A stretch of DNA of 12,862 nucleotides from Gemmatimonadota bacterium. GTDB taxonomy: Bacteria > Gemmatimonadota > Gemmatimonadetes > Longimicrobiales > Gaopeijiaceae. Below are positions 1-11,017 of this stretch, piece after piece. Location: contig JBDHHQ010000114.1 of assembly GCA_039589315.1 (NCBI GenBank), positions 1 through 12,862 of the forward strand, given 5' to 3'. The notes under the pieces are model-generated. The model saw only the letters and a list, made by a program, of their open reading frames with translations. It did no database searches and was not told where the DNA came from. Both the position numbers and the translations under genes were made by a program. Numbering within the stretch: the stretch's first letter is position 1; the number at the start of each line of letters is the position of its first letter.

Positions 1-82
1 GGGGGCCCAGGTCCCGTCTTCGACCGCCCCGTCCCAGAATCCGACGGACCATGCGCGAAACAGGGCGGAACGGCACGTTCAC
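1..82 (-). CDS. possible N-terminus of a hypothetical protein running off the left edge
   Basis: On the minus strand, GGAGG (88-92) lies 5 nt before GTG at 82. The frame is open to the edge (MNVPFRPVSRMVRRILGRGGRRRDLGP). No recognisable motif. Confidence 0.3.
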   Translation of the reverse strand, partial: MNVPFRPVSRMVRRILGRGGRRRDLGP

Positions 83-153
83 GAGCTCCTCCGGGGTCCT
101 ACCCCATCCGGGCCTCGCACCTCGCCCTCCCCTCAGCCACCCGCCGCATTGCT

Positions 154-602
154 CTAGTTGGCGAACAGCTGCACGTAGTGTCCCTCGTGCACGCCGATGC
201 CGAGGCGGCCGAATCCCTCCCGGAGGATGTTCTCCCGGTGGCCCGTCGAGTTCATCCAGGCGGACACCGCCCCCGCCGCCGAGAAGTTGATCGCGATGTT
301 CTCACCCATGAGCGAGAACGTCACGCTTCCGGGTTGGTATGGCTGAAGTAGCCACGGTTCGCCATGTCTTCCGCGTGCGCCTGGGCCACCGCGTCCAGGC
401 CGGCGTCGGATGACAGCGGCCCGCCTGCCCCTTCGTCGGCACGTGCCGCGTTGGTCAGGGAGAGGATCGTGTCCCGGGCGGCGACGAGGGCCGGGTCCCC
501 CGTCTCGGACCCCGGCACCCCGGCGACTACGTCGCTCTGACAGGCCAGCGAAAGGACGAGTGCCGCCACCAGGGCGGCGGCGACGGTGCTCCGGTACAGC
601 AT
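154..602 (-). pseudogene. CAP/SCP-domain (YkwD-like) lipoprotein, frameshifted near 326
   Basis: Lipoprotein-type signal (LVLSLA-C). The N-half has LTNAARA, AQAHAEDM and YFSHTNPE, then TGA at 321-323. A shifted frame continues VTFSLMGENIA...AWMNSTGHRENILREGFGRLGIGVHEGHYVQLFAN to TAG at 154-156, which are the canonical CAP C-terminal motifs. The 449-nt span is one base short of a multiple of 3. Confidence 0.88.
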
Positions 603-670
603 GGGCGTGGGCGGCTCGAGGAGTCGGACGTCGGGACGGGCCAGGGCCCGCTGGGCCTACTCCTGGTTAT

Positions 671-777
671 CGGACCCGTAATGCCGAACTGTGAGCGCTT
701 CGGGTCCGTCGGCGCCGGCCCCGCAGGCGTCGACGCGAGAGCCGCAGCGACGCATGAGGCATGACAGCGGGGCCGGC
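671..777. repeat. two adjacent inverted repeats in the ppdK-CAP intergenic region
   Basis: CGGACCCG (671-678) / CGGGTCCG (701-708) and GCCGGCCCCGC (714-724) / GCGGGGCCGGC (767-777), both perfect. There is no U-tract, so function is unassigned. Confidence 0.55.
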
Positions 778-784
778 CCCCGAA

Positions 785-3538
<2,754 letters not shown>

Positions 3539-3661
3539 GGTGGTATTCCGCTCTTCCGCGTGGTGCCCGTCAGGTGTTGTTGCGGCAGCGGCGGGCGCCC
3601 GTCATGGGGGTGAGACGGGGCGTCAGAGTGCACCCCGCGTCGCCGGGCCGGTCAGCCGCGA

Positions 3662-3670
3662 AAGATGTCA
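3662..3670 (-). promoter_or_regulatory. putative extended -10 element for ppdK (TG-A-CATCTT)
   Basis: The main AT-rich spot in the M14-ppdK gap. Minus-strand TGACATCTT has the same form as TGGTATCTT upstream of 6357. No clear -35. Confidence 0.25.
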
Positions 3671-3700
3671 GCCCGGCCCACCCGGCGGCAAGCGGAGGCG

Positions 3701-4951
3701 TCACCCGCCGGCGCTCCCAACGTCGAAGAGCGCCTCGGCCAGCGCGACGCCCACGGCCTGACCAAGGGCCCACAGGCGCGCCTCCGTGGCGTACTGGCCC
3801 CGGAACGGCCCGTAGGTCACGTCATTCGAGGAGGCCTCCACGGTGAGCCCGTGCGTGCCCAGCCGGTCGAAGGCCCAGCTGCGGGCACGCGCTCCCCCTG
3901 TCGTGGGGCGGGCGGTGGAGCCCTCCAGCGGAACGAAGTCCGGATTGGCTCCGATGGCAGCGGCCAGCAGGGCGCGGACCTCGCCGAACAGCTCTGGCGA
4001 GGAAGTCGCCGCATCGTTGTAGAAGAAGAAGTTGGAGCGACCGCCGGGGGCGGCGTGGAAGTCCACCAGGATGCGGACTCTACCGCCGTCGTGCGTGTAG
4101 TCCAAGATCTCGCGCTGTAGCGCGTGGATGGTCGGGGCGGTGGCAGGGTCGGGCTCCGCCCACTGGCGGTTCAGGTCCAGCCCCGCCTGGTTCACGCGCT
4201 GATTGCCGGCGAGCACGCCATCCGGGTTCAGGAACCCCACGACGAAGACCTCGGCCAGGCGCCGGAGCTCCGCCGCCTGCTCGTCGTCCCCGCGCAACCA
4301 GCGCAGGAACCCCTCGAGCATGTAGGACCCTTCGGGCTCGCCCGGGTGCTGCCGGGCCACGACCCAGATCCCGCTCTTGTCGGCGGCGGGCACCGACGGG
4401 TCGGTGATCCTCAGCACCTCCACGGCATTGCCGCCGATGCTGGCGCCTATCACGTGAGCGGACGCCACCCAGCGCCCGTTCCGAAGCGTATCCACCACGG
4501 CCTGCCAGCGGGAAAAGTCGTAGGGCAACGCCAGTGCGAACCACTCGGACTCCGACCCGGCGGTGTGGTCGAAGACGAACGCGGGGTCGTCCAGGTGCGC
4601 GTCCTGGACACGTGACCACGTGACACCCCGGTCGGAGCTCACGACGGGGCGTTTGACGGACCAGGTCGACGCGGAGGCGGCCCCCAGAGCATCATCGAGC
4701 CGGTACGTGAGCGGACGCCCGGCTCCGTTGGCTAGCCGGAACGAGAACCAGAGACGGGTCTGGGCGTTCGTGTCGTGCCGGAGCGTGAGCATGACCGTGT
4801 CGTTCGAGAATTCGGCCGCACCAAGGCTCGCCCCCTCGAAGTCGAAGGACACGGTGGGGGGCCCGCCGCCGACGCCCGCAGTGTCCGTGCATCCGGCCAG
4901 CAGGACCGGGACCAGCAGCACGCCCGACCACGACCGGCGGGGCCGCCTCAT
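3701..4951 (-). CDS. M14 zinc carboxypeptidase (CCP/Nna1-like) with lipoprotein signal peptide
   Basis: Signal MRRPRRSWSGVLLVPVLLAG-C. CCP-type N-domain (DFEGASLG, WFSFRL, WFALALPY). Zn motif ARQHPGE, plus NPDGV, DLNRQW, VDFH and a likely catalytic Glu in LTVEAS. The start overlaps the upstream stop (ATGA, 4948-4951). Confidence 0.88.
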   Translation of the reverse strand: MRRPRRSWSGVLLVPVLLAGCTDTAGVGGGPPTVSFDFEGASLGAAEFSNDTVMLTLRHDTNAQTRLWFSFRLANGAGRPLTYRLDDALGAASASTWSVKRPVVSSDRGVTWSRVQDAHLDDPAFVFDHTAGSESEWFALALPYDFSRWQAVVDTLRNGRWVASAHVIGASIGGNAVEVLRITDPSVPAADKSGIWVVARQHPGEPEGSYMLEGFLRWLRGDDEQAAELRRLAEVFVVGFLNPDGVLAGNQRVNQAGLDLNRQWAEPDPATAPTIHALQREILDYTHDGGRVRILVDFHAAPGGRSNFFFYNDAATSSPELFGEVRALLAAAIGANPDFVPLEGSTARPTTGGARARSWAFDRLGTHGLTVEASSNDVTYGPFRGQYATEARLWALGQAVGVALAEALFDVGSAGG

Positions 4952-6357
4952 GCGCCCTCGACGGGCCCGGACGGCGCCCCATCGTCACGCTCGGCGGATC
5001 CGGGTGGCGGCGGCGGGAAGTAGAGCGTGATCTCGAGGCGTCGCCCGGCCACGAGTTGGACCGGGAGAGGTGGCGCGAACGTGCCCAGGACATCCAACCA
5101 TTCGTGACGGTACACCAGCGGAAAGCTGCCCTCCGGCAGGTCCTCGAGCCGGAACCGCCCTTGTTCGTCCGTGAGTGTGCGATACTGCGTGCCCGACAGG
5201 AATACCACGGCGCCCACCAGGGGGGCTCCGGTGTCGCGCTCCACCACGCGGCCCTCGATCACGGCCCTGGTGCGGGCTCGGCGCTCCCGGGGATCCTGGA
5301 TCTGGAGCACTTCGCCACCGGTCTCGAGGTACTGGGTGATCACCTTGGGGTCACTCACCCGGACCTGGCGGCCAGGCTCGGCCACGATGGCAATCTGAGG
5401 CATGCGGATGAACCAGCTGTGGACGATCCACGCGCCGTTGTCCAGGCGCCTGAATTCCACTCGCCCGCCTGCCTCGGGTGCCGCCACCTGCTCGAGGATC
5501 CTCGTGTAGTTGTACTCCAGGACACGGAGCTCGGCCGTCCGCTCGTCGAGCCAGAACGAGCCGCGGATGTCGGGGTGCGCAACGTCCGCCGTCGGCTCGA
5601 AGGCCAGCCCGATCAGGCCGGGGCGTTCGGCGTCTCGCACGGGCTGGAAGCAGTGTGACTGCAGAAAGCTGTCGGACAGGAGGACGCTCTCGTCAGGGGC
5701 GTAGTAGTACGTGCCGTCGGACCTGGCGACGACGTAACCGTCTTGCGCCAGATCGTCGGCCGCCAGGCTCTCGTAGGGCCGCGCCCCGTAGTAAGGCCGG
5801 AGTGCGCGGGTCTCCGTGAGGATCTCCAGGGTGTGGGGATCCCGTATGCGCTCGACGTCCGCGATCTGCATCTGCACCACGCCGCTGACTCGCGTCCACT
5901 CCGCCACGGTCATGGCCTTCCGGGCTTCCTGCCAGATCCGCTCGAGCGCCAGACCGGCGTTTTCGACCAGGGCGCAGCGCCGGGTGGCCGTAACGTCCAG
6001 CCCCGTGAGGACGACGGCCTGCGTGACCACCTCCATGCGGTAGGGCAAGATCTCACCGACGTCCACCTGGAGCTGGGTCGATTCAGTGCTCTCATAACCG
6101 ATCCGTTGGGCTAGCAAGGTCACGGTTCCCGCCCTCGGCAGGCGAATCTGGAAGCGGCCCCGAGCGTCGGTGAGTGACCCGGCAACCGCGGTCCGCGAGC
6201 TGTCCAACGCCATGACGAAGGCGCCCTCGATCCCCGCGCCCGTCTCCTGGTCGACGAGTGCGCCGTCCAGCTCCTGCGCTGACAGGCCGGCGCCACCGGC
6301 GGCGGCCAGCCCAGCCACGAGGGCGGCCAGAACAAGAGGATTGACGTGGGTTCGCAT
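4948..6357 (-). CDS. exported carboxypeptidase-regulatory-like (beta-sandwich) repeat protein
   Basis: Sec signal ending ...GLSA-QE. Two copies of the G.V.D..TGA.(I/L).GA.V...TD..GRF signature, one N-terminal (with RIGY) and one C-terminal, flank an uncharacterised central domain with two Cys (RRC, HCF). Pro-rich tail. Confidence 0.78.
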   Translation of the reverse strand: MRTHVNPLVLAALVAGLAAAGGAGLSAQELDGALVDQETGAGIEGAFVMALDSSRTAVAGSLTDARGRFQIRLPRAGTVTLLAQRIGYESTESTQLQVDVGEILPYRMEVVTQAVVLTGLDVTATRRCALVENAGLALERIWQEARKAMTVAEWTRVSGVVQMQIADVERIRDPHTLEILTETRALRPYYGARPYESLAADDLAQDGYVVARSDGTYYYAPDESVLLSDSFLQSHCFQPVRDAERPGLIGLAFEPTADVAHPDIRGSFWLDERTAELRVLEYNYTRILEQVAAPEAGGRVEFRRLDNGAWIVHSWFIRMPQIAIVAEPGRQVRVSDPKVITQYLETGGEVLQIQDPRERRARTRAVIEGRVVERDTGAPLVGAVVFLSGTQYRTLTDEQGRFRLEDLPEGSFPLVYRHEWLDVLGTFAPPLPVQLVAGRRLEITLYFPPPPPGSAERDDGAPSGPVEGA

Positions 6358-6413
6358 GGTCGAGGCTCGCGTGTCTACCGAGGAGCCGGTTTCGCTCCGG
6401 CCCCGCCCGCATC

Positions 6414-6422
6414 AAGATACCA
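6414..6422 (-). promoter_or_regulatory. putative extended -10 promoter (TG-G-TATCTT) for the 6357 transcription unit
   Basis: Matches TGnTAnnnT about 56 nt upstream of ATG 6357. A GC hairpin GGGGCCGG-agcgaaa-CCGGCTCC (6382-6404) lies in the predicted leader. Confidence 0.4.
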
Positions 6423-6514
6423 GGACAGAGGACGGCGGAGCACGGCCAGCGAGGAGTGCGCTCCCTCGCCTTCCTTCAGTCCGTCGGAGTCCTTTCATTT
6501 CGGATCTGCTGAGA

Positions 6515-8380
6515 TTGCCGCCTTCGCCTCCTGAAACAACGTACGAGCAGCGACGCGCGGCGTTCCTCGAACAGCGAGCTGCCGCAGCCCGCCGCTCGGC
6601 CCGGATCTCACGGCTCAGGCTGGTGACGTTCATCCTGCTCGCGGTCCCGCTGATCGCGTTCGAGAGCGCCAGCCCCACAGGTCGACTCCTCCTGCTGGGG
6701 GCGGAGGCCTTGATCCTCGTTGCCTTTGCGGCGCTGGTCGCGGTGCACTCCCGGTCCCGGCGACGCGAGCGGTGGCTCGGCCTGCGGGTGACCTTCTGTG
6801 ACGAAGGGCTGAAGAGGATCCGCCGGGAATGGGAGGACCTCCCGGACTTGGGCCCCGCGCCCGAAGGCGATCACCCGTACGCCGCGGATCTGGACCTGTT
6901 CGGGCCCGTCAGTCTCTCCCGCCTGCTGGGCTCGGTGGCCACCACGCCGGGGCGACACACGCTCCGCCGTTGGGTCCTGGACCCCTCGCCTCCGAGCGAG
7001 GCCCGCTCCCGTCAGGAGGCCGTGGCCGAGCTCGCCGAGCACCACGACCTCCGCGAGACGCTGTCCGCGTGGGGACGTCTGATCGGATCACCGACGGCGG
7101 CCGGCATGGAGCGCTTCCTCGGTTGGACGCGCAACGGAAGTCCCTTGCCTCGGTGGGTCTCCCTGGCGTCGTTCGTGCTGCCCGCTGCCACGGCGTTGCT
7201 GATCACCGCCTCGGTGCAGGGCTGGGTCGGACAGCCCTTCTGGCTGTTACCGGTCCTGGCCGCCACACTGTTGAGTCTCCGCCAGCAGCCCGCGATCCAC
7301 CAGACGTTCAAGGACGTCTCCTCCGGCGAGGTCGGCCTGGCTCACTATGCTCGCCTGTTCGAGCCGATCACCGCAGCGTCGTTCCGATGCCCCACGCTGA
7401 AGGAAGCCCAAGTGCACCTCACGGCCGACGGGATCATTGCGCCCGAACGGCTCGCCAAGCTCCTCCGGCTCGTCAACCTCTCGGACGCCCGGCGAAACGC
7501 CATGTTCCACTGGCCCATCCAGATCCTCACGCTCTGGGACTTCCACGTGGCCCGAGCGATGGAGACGTGGCGGGTGGCGGCGGGGCCCTACGTGGAGCGG
7601 TGGGTGCTCACCCTCGGTGAGGTGGACGCGCTCGGCGGACTCGCGGCGGTCCGGTTCGAGAACCCGCATTGGACCTTCCCCGCACTTGAGATTGAAGATG
7701 AGGTAATATATGCCAAAGCGATAATACACCCTTATCTACGGAATGATCTTGCCGTTGCCAATGACGTAGATATCGGCCCACCGGGCTCCTTCCTTCTGGT
7801 CACCGGCTCCAACATGTCCGGCAAGAGCACGCTACTTCGGGCCCTGGGTGTGAACGTCGTGCTGGCGCGGGCCGGCGGCCCGGTGGCAGCGGCCGAGCTC
7901 CGCCTTCCAACGGTTCGACTCGAGACCAGCATGCGGATCCAGGATTCCCTCGCTGAGGGTATCTCGTTCTTCATGGCCGAGCTGAAGCGCCTGAAGGGGG
8001 TCGTGGACGCCGCCCGCCAGCACGCCGCCGTCCCGGTGCTCTATCTACTGGACGAGATCCTGCAGGGAACCAACACCGTCGAACGACAGATCGCCGCGCG
8101 CACCGTGATCCGGCACCTCCTGGACGCTGGTGCCATCGGTGCCGTGACCACACACGACTTGCACCTCGCGGTCGCCCCTGACCTGGAAGCACGCGCCCAC
8201 GCCGTTCACTTCCAGGAGACCTTCGACCGGGCCGGCGACGGTTTGAGCCTCCGGTTCGATTACCGGCTAAGGCCGGGCCTCGCCACGTCTACGAACGCGC
8301 TCGCCCTCATGGAGCTGGTCGGCTTGCGGGGCGAGGCGCCGGTCGGGACAGCCGCGTCGGAGAAAGGAACAGCCCCATGA
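6515..8380 (+). CDS. membrane-anchored MutS-related ATPase (MutS domain V; no mismatch-binding or Smr domain)
   Basis: About 4 hydrophobic helices, [11 protein letters not shown], Walker [25 protein letters not shown], Walker [11 protein letters not shown] and TTHDL. Start placed at in-frame TTG 6515 (621 aa), because the ORF-track start at 6170 overlaps the divergent gene. The exact start is uncertain. Confidence 0.88.
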   Translation: MPPSPPETTYEQRRAAFLEQRAAAARRSARISRLRLVTFILLAVPLIAFESASPTGRLLLLGAEALILVAFAALVAVHSRSRRRERWLGLRVTFCDEGLKRIRREWEDLPDLGPAPEGDHPYAADLDLFGPVSLSRLLGSVATTPGRHTLRRWVLDPSPPSEARSRQEAVAELAEHHDLRETLSAWGRLIGSPTAAGMERFLGWTRNGSPLPRWVSLASFVLPAATALLITASVQGWVGQPFWLLPVLAATLLSLRQQPAIHQTFKDVSSGEVGLAHYARLFEPITAASFRCPTLKEAQVHLTADGIIAPERLAKLLRLVNLSDARRNAMFHWPIQILTLWDFHVARAMETWRVAAGPYVERWVLTLGEVDALGGLAAVRFENPHWTFPALEIEDEVIYAKAIIHPYLRNDLAVANDVDIGPPGSFLLVTGSNMSGKSTLLRALGVNVVLARAGGPVAAAELRLPTVRLETSMRIQDSLAEGISFFMAELKRLKGVVDAARQHAAVPVLYLLDEILQGTNTVERQIAARTVIRHLLDAGAIGAVTTHDLHLAVAPDLEARAHAVHFQETFDRAGDGLSLRFDYRLRPGLATSTNALALMELVGLRGEAPVGTAASEKGTAP

Positions 8381-8856
8381 GCCGGCCCTCCGAGAGCCCC
8401 GGCCCACGCCTCCAGCGCGTCTGGCAGAGCCTGGCGCGGTGGCCGGGAGGCCGCTGGGCGTTCGGTGTCATTCTGGGACTGTGGGTCCCGTACACGGGTA
8501 CGATTCGCCCTCGCGTGCAGGCCCTGGATGCCGGCTACGCCAGGATCCGCCTGAAGGACCGCCGCCGGGTGCGGAATCACCTGCGATCCGTTCACGCCGT
8601 GGCGCTCACGAACCTGGGCGAGGTCACCAGCGGGCTCGCCTTGCTCACGGGGCTTCCCGCTCACGTCCGGGGCATCGTCACGGGCCTCGAGACCCGCTTC
8701 CACAAGAAGGCCCGGGGTACCCTCACGGCCGAGTGCCGGTGCTCGCCTCCCACTGTGACCGAAGCCACGGACTACGAAGTGGTGGCAGATATCAAGGACG
8801 CGACGGGGGTGGTCGTGGCCCGCACCACAGCCGTATGGCGGCTGGCGCCGCGATGA
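8377..8856 (+). CDS. hotdog-fold (PaaI-like/DUF4442) putative acyl-CoA thioesterase
   Basis: 159 aa with [30 protein letters not shown] and [15 protein letters not shown] overlap with the upstream stop (8377-8380). Confidence 0.82.
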   Translation: MSRPSESPGPRLQRVWQSLARWPGGRWAFGVILGLWVPYTGTIRPRVQALDAGYARIRLKDRRRVRNHLRSVHAVALTNLGEVTSGLALLTGLPAHVRGIVTGLETRFHKKARGTLTAECRCSPPTVTEATDYEVVADIKDATGVVVARTTAVWRLAPR

Positions 8857-10013
8857 TCACCGGCCCGTCGCCCGCCTGTGTGGAGAGCCACGGACCGCCA
8901 CATCCGTCGGGGGGAGCGTCCCACGGCGGGGACGGCACGGATCCGACACGGAGGGCCACCCCTCACGGCGAGGGGGCTGGCCCGCGGGCGGTCCCCGGTC
9001 CCCTCAGCACGGCCCTCACCCGTCACGCCGGCATCCGCGTGCCCATGCTTTGCGGCGCCATGTACCCGTGCAGCAACCCCGAGTTGGTGGCAGCCGCCAG
9101 CAGGGCCGGCGCCATGGGGGTCATCCAGCCCGTGTCCCTCACCTTCGTCCACGGCCACGGGTTCCGCCAGGGCGTGCGGGACATCGTACGGGACGCCGGG
9201 GCGCCGGTCGGCATGAACGCCCTGATCGAAGCGTCGTCCAAGGCCTATCGGCGCCGTATGGAGGCGTGGATCGAGATCGCCCTGGAGGAGGGCGTCCGGT
9301 TCTTCGTGACCTCGCTCGGGAATCCTCGTTGGGTCGCCGAACGGGTCCACACCGTCGGCGGCTTCGTCTACCACGACGTCACCGAGCGGAAATGGGCCCA
9401 GAAGGGCGCTGACGGGGGGGTGGATGGCCTGATCGCTGTGAATCGGCGCGCGGGTGGCCACCCCGGCGAGCGCTCTCCCGAGCGCCTCCTGAACGAGATC
9501 GGGGACCTGGGTCTACCAGTGGTCTGCGCCGGGGGTGTGGGCACCGCGGATGAGTTCGTCGCCGCCCTGCAGATGGGCTACGCCGGGGTGCAGATGGGTA
9601 CCCGGTTCATCGCGACGCCCGAATGCCGGGCCAGCGAGGCCTACAAGCGGGCCATCGTGGCCGCGTCGGAGGACGACATTGTCTGGAGCGAGCGCATCAC
9701 CGGCGTGCCGGTCGCCGTGATCGGCACCGAGTACGTGCGCCGGGTCGGTCTGAAGGCGAGCTGGATCGCGCGTCGCATGCTCCGGGGCCGCAAGACCAAG
9801 CACTTCATGCGCAACGTGTATTGGCTCAGGTCCGCGTGGCAGCTGAAGCGAGCCTCGCTGGACCCGAAGGCCGCCCGTGAATACTGGCAGGCCGGCAAGA
9901 GCGTCGCCGGTATCGACGCCATCGAGCCCGTCGAGACCATCGTGCACCGCTTCGCGGCCGCAGCCGCAGCGAGTGAGTTCCCCGCACCGGATGAACCTGG
10001 GAGTGAAACATGA
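8853..10013 (+). CDS. nitronate monooxygenase / FabK-family FMN-dependent oxidoreductase
   Basis: [53 protein letters not shown] and [12 protein letters not shown] 8853 overlaps the upstream TGA (386 aa). Confidence 0.88.
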   Translation: MITGPSPACVESHGPPHPSGGASHGGDGTDPTRRATPHGEGAGPRAVPGPLSTALTRHAGIRVPMLCGAMYPCSNPELVAAASRAGAMGVIQPVSLTFVHGHGFRQGVRDIVRDAGAPVGMNALIEASSKAYRRRMEAWIEIALEEGVRFFVTSLGNPRWVAERVHTVGGFVYHDVTERKWAQKGADGGVDGLIAVNRRAGGHPGERSPERLLNEIGDLGLPVVCAGGVGTADEFVAALQMGYAGVQMGTRFIATPECRASEAYKRAIVAASEDDIVWSERITGVPVAVIGTEYVRRVGLKASWIARRMLRGRKTKHFMRNVYWLRSAWQLKRASLDPKAAREYWQAGKSVAGIDAIEPVETIVHRFAAAAAASEFPAPDEPGSET

Positions 10014-10915
10014 ATGTCCGCGCCTTCCCACTCCTCCTGATCGCGTTACTCGGCCTGGAAACGCCTGCCTTTGCACAGGATCAGGATGGTCTCAGGATCT
10101 ACATCTCGGCCGACATGGAGGGGGTGGTCGGAGCCGTCACCAGCGCACAGCTGGGACCCGCCGGGTTCGAATACGCGAGATTCCGGGAATTCATGACGGC
10201 CGAGGTCAATGCGGCCATAGAGGGTGCCCTCGCGGCAGGCGCCACGGAGATCCTCGTGAGCGACTCCCACGGCAACGGCCAGAACCTGCTCATCGACCGC
10301 CTGCCTCGGGACGTCCTGGTCGTGCGCTCCTGGCCGCGCCCGCTGATGATGATGGAGGGCATCGACGAGTCCTTCGACGGCGCCATATTCATCGGCTATC
10401 ACACGAGCACCACCAATACCCGCGGGGTTCGAGCCCACACCATCTCCAGCGCGAACCTCACCGCGGTTCGTCTGAACGGCACCCCGATGCCGGAAGCCGG
10501 GATAAACGCTGCCATCGCAGGTCATTTCGGCGTTCCGGTCCTCATGATCTCCGGAGACGACGCCATCGTGGAGGAGGCGCAAACGCTCCTGGGAGACGTA
10601 GAGGGGGCAGTCGTCAAGTGGAGCTACGGCTTCCACTCGGCCCGGACCATGACCCCGGACGCCGCCCTCGACGTGATCCGCGAGTCGGCGCTCCGCGCGG
10701 TGTCTCGGGCGGAGGAGCGAGCGCCGTACCGCCTGGAAGGGCCCATCGAGCTGGAGGTGGCCTTCAAGAACTACATGCCGTCAGAGGTGCTGAGCTATCT
10801 GCCCAACGTCGATCGGGTGGACTCTCACACGGTACGCTTCGTGGGCGCGGACATGGTGGAGATCTCGAGGTTCATCGAGTTCCTCACGACCTACCGCGTG
10901 GATCTGTCGCCGTGA
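10010..10915 (+). CDS. dppA: M55 family D-aminopeptidase (DppA-like) with Sec signal peptide
   Basis: IYISADMEG (DxE metal motif), VSDSHG, FIGYH, AHT, EAGINA and SGDD. N-terminal [27 protein letters not shown] overlap at 10010-10013. Confidence 0.9.
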   Translation: MNVRAFPLLLIALLGLETPAFAQDQDGLRIYISADMEGVVGAVTSAQLGPAGFEYARFREFMTAEVNAAIEGALAAGATEILVSDSHGNGQNLLIDRLPRDVLVVRSWPRPLMMMEGIDESFDGAIFIGYHTSTTNTRGVRAHTISSANLTAVRLNGTPMPEAGINAAIAGHFGVPVLMISGDDAIVEEAQTLLGDVEGAVVKWSYGFHSARTMTPDAALDVIRESALRAVSRAEERAPYRLEGPIELEVAFKNYMPSEVLSYLPNVDRVDSHTVRFVGADMVEISRFIEFLTTYRVDLSP

Positions 10916-10919
10916 GGCG

Positions 10920-10993
10920 CGGTCCTCGATAAACGAAATCAGGAAATGCGTATACGTGCTGTGATGTAATGCTGCACTGTATGCACGAGACCG
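10920..10993 (+). other. AT-rich imperfect hairpin in the convergent dppA/DUF4382 intergenic region
   Basis: Outer arms CGGTC(C)TCG 10920-10928 / CGAGACCG 10986-10993. Inner arms 10947-10963 / 10970-10985 with loop ATGTAA. No U-tract. Confidence 0.4.
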
Positions 10994-11017
10994 AACGCGA
11001 GCCCCTTCAGCCGTCGG

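Noticed and set aside
6170..6514. N-terminal extension of the MutS-like ORF
   Set aside because: Overlaps the divergent gene start (6357) and its putative promoter. The sequence is low-complexity, and TTG 6515 is more plausible.
7247..7729. Minus-strand ORF starting in the AT-rich patch ([12 protein letters not shown]...)
   Set aside because: Lies entirely antisense to the ATPase gene and has no recognisable domain.
7682..7771. Diversity-generating retroelement variable region as the cause of the AT patch
   Set aside because: No reverse transcriptase or template repeat in the window. DGR mutagenesis replaces adenines rather than enriching them.
6515..8380. Calling the ATPase mutS or mutS2
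   Set aside because: No mismatch-binding domain or Smr domain, and it has transmembrane helices. Only the domain V ATPase is clearly shared.
8439..8852. N-terminal extension of the NMO ORF
   Set aside because: Runs out of frame through the hotdog gene. The ATGA-coupled start at 8853 explains the gene.
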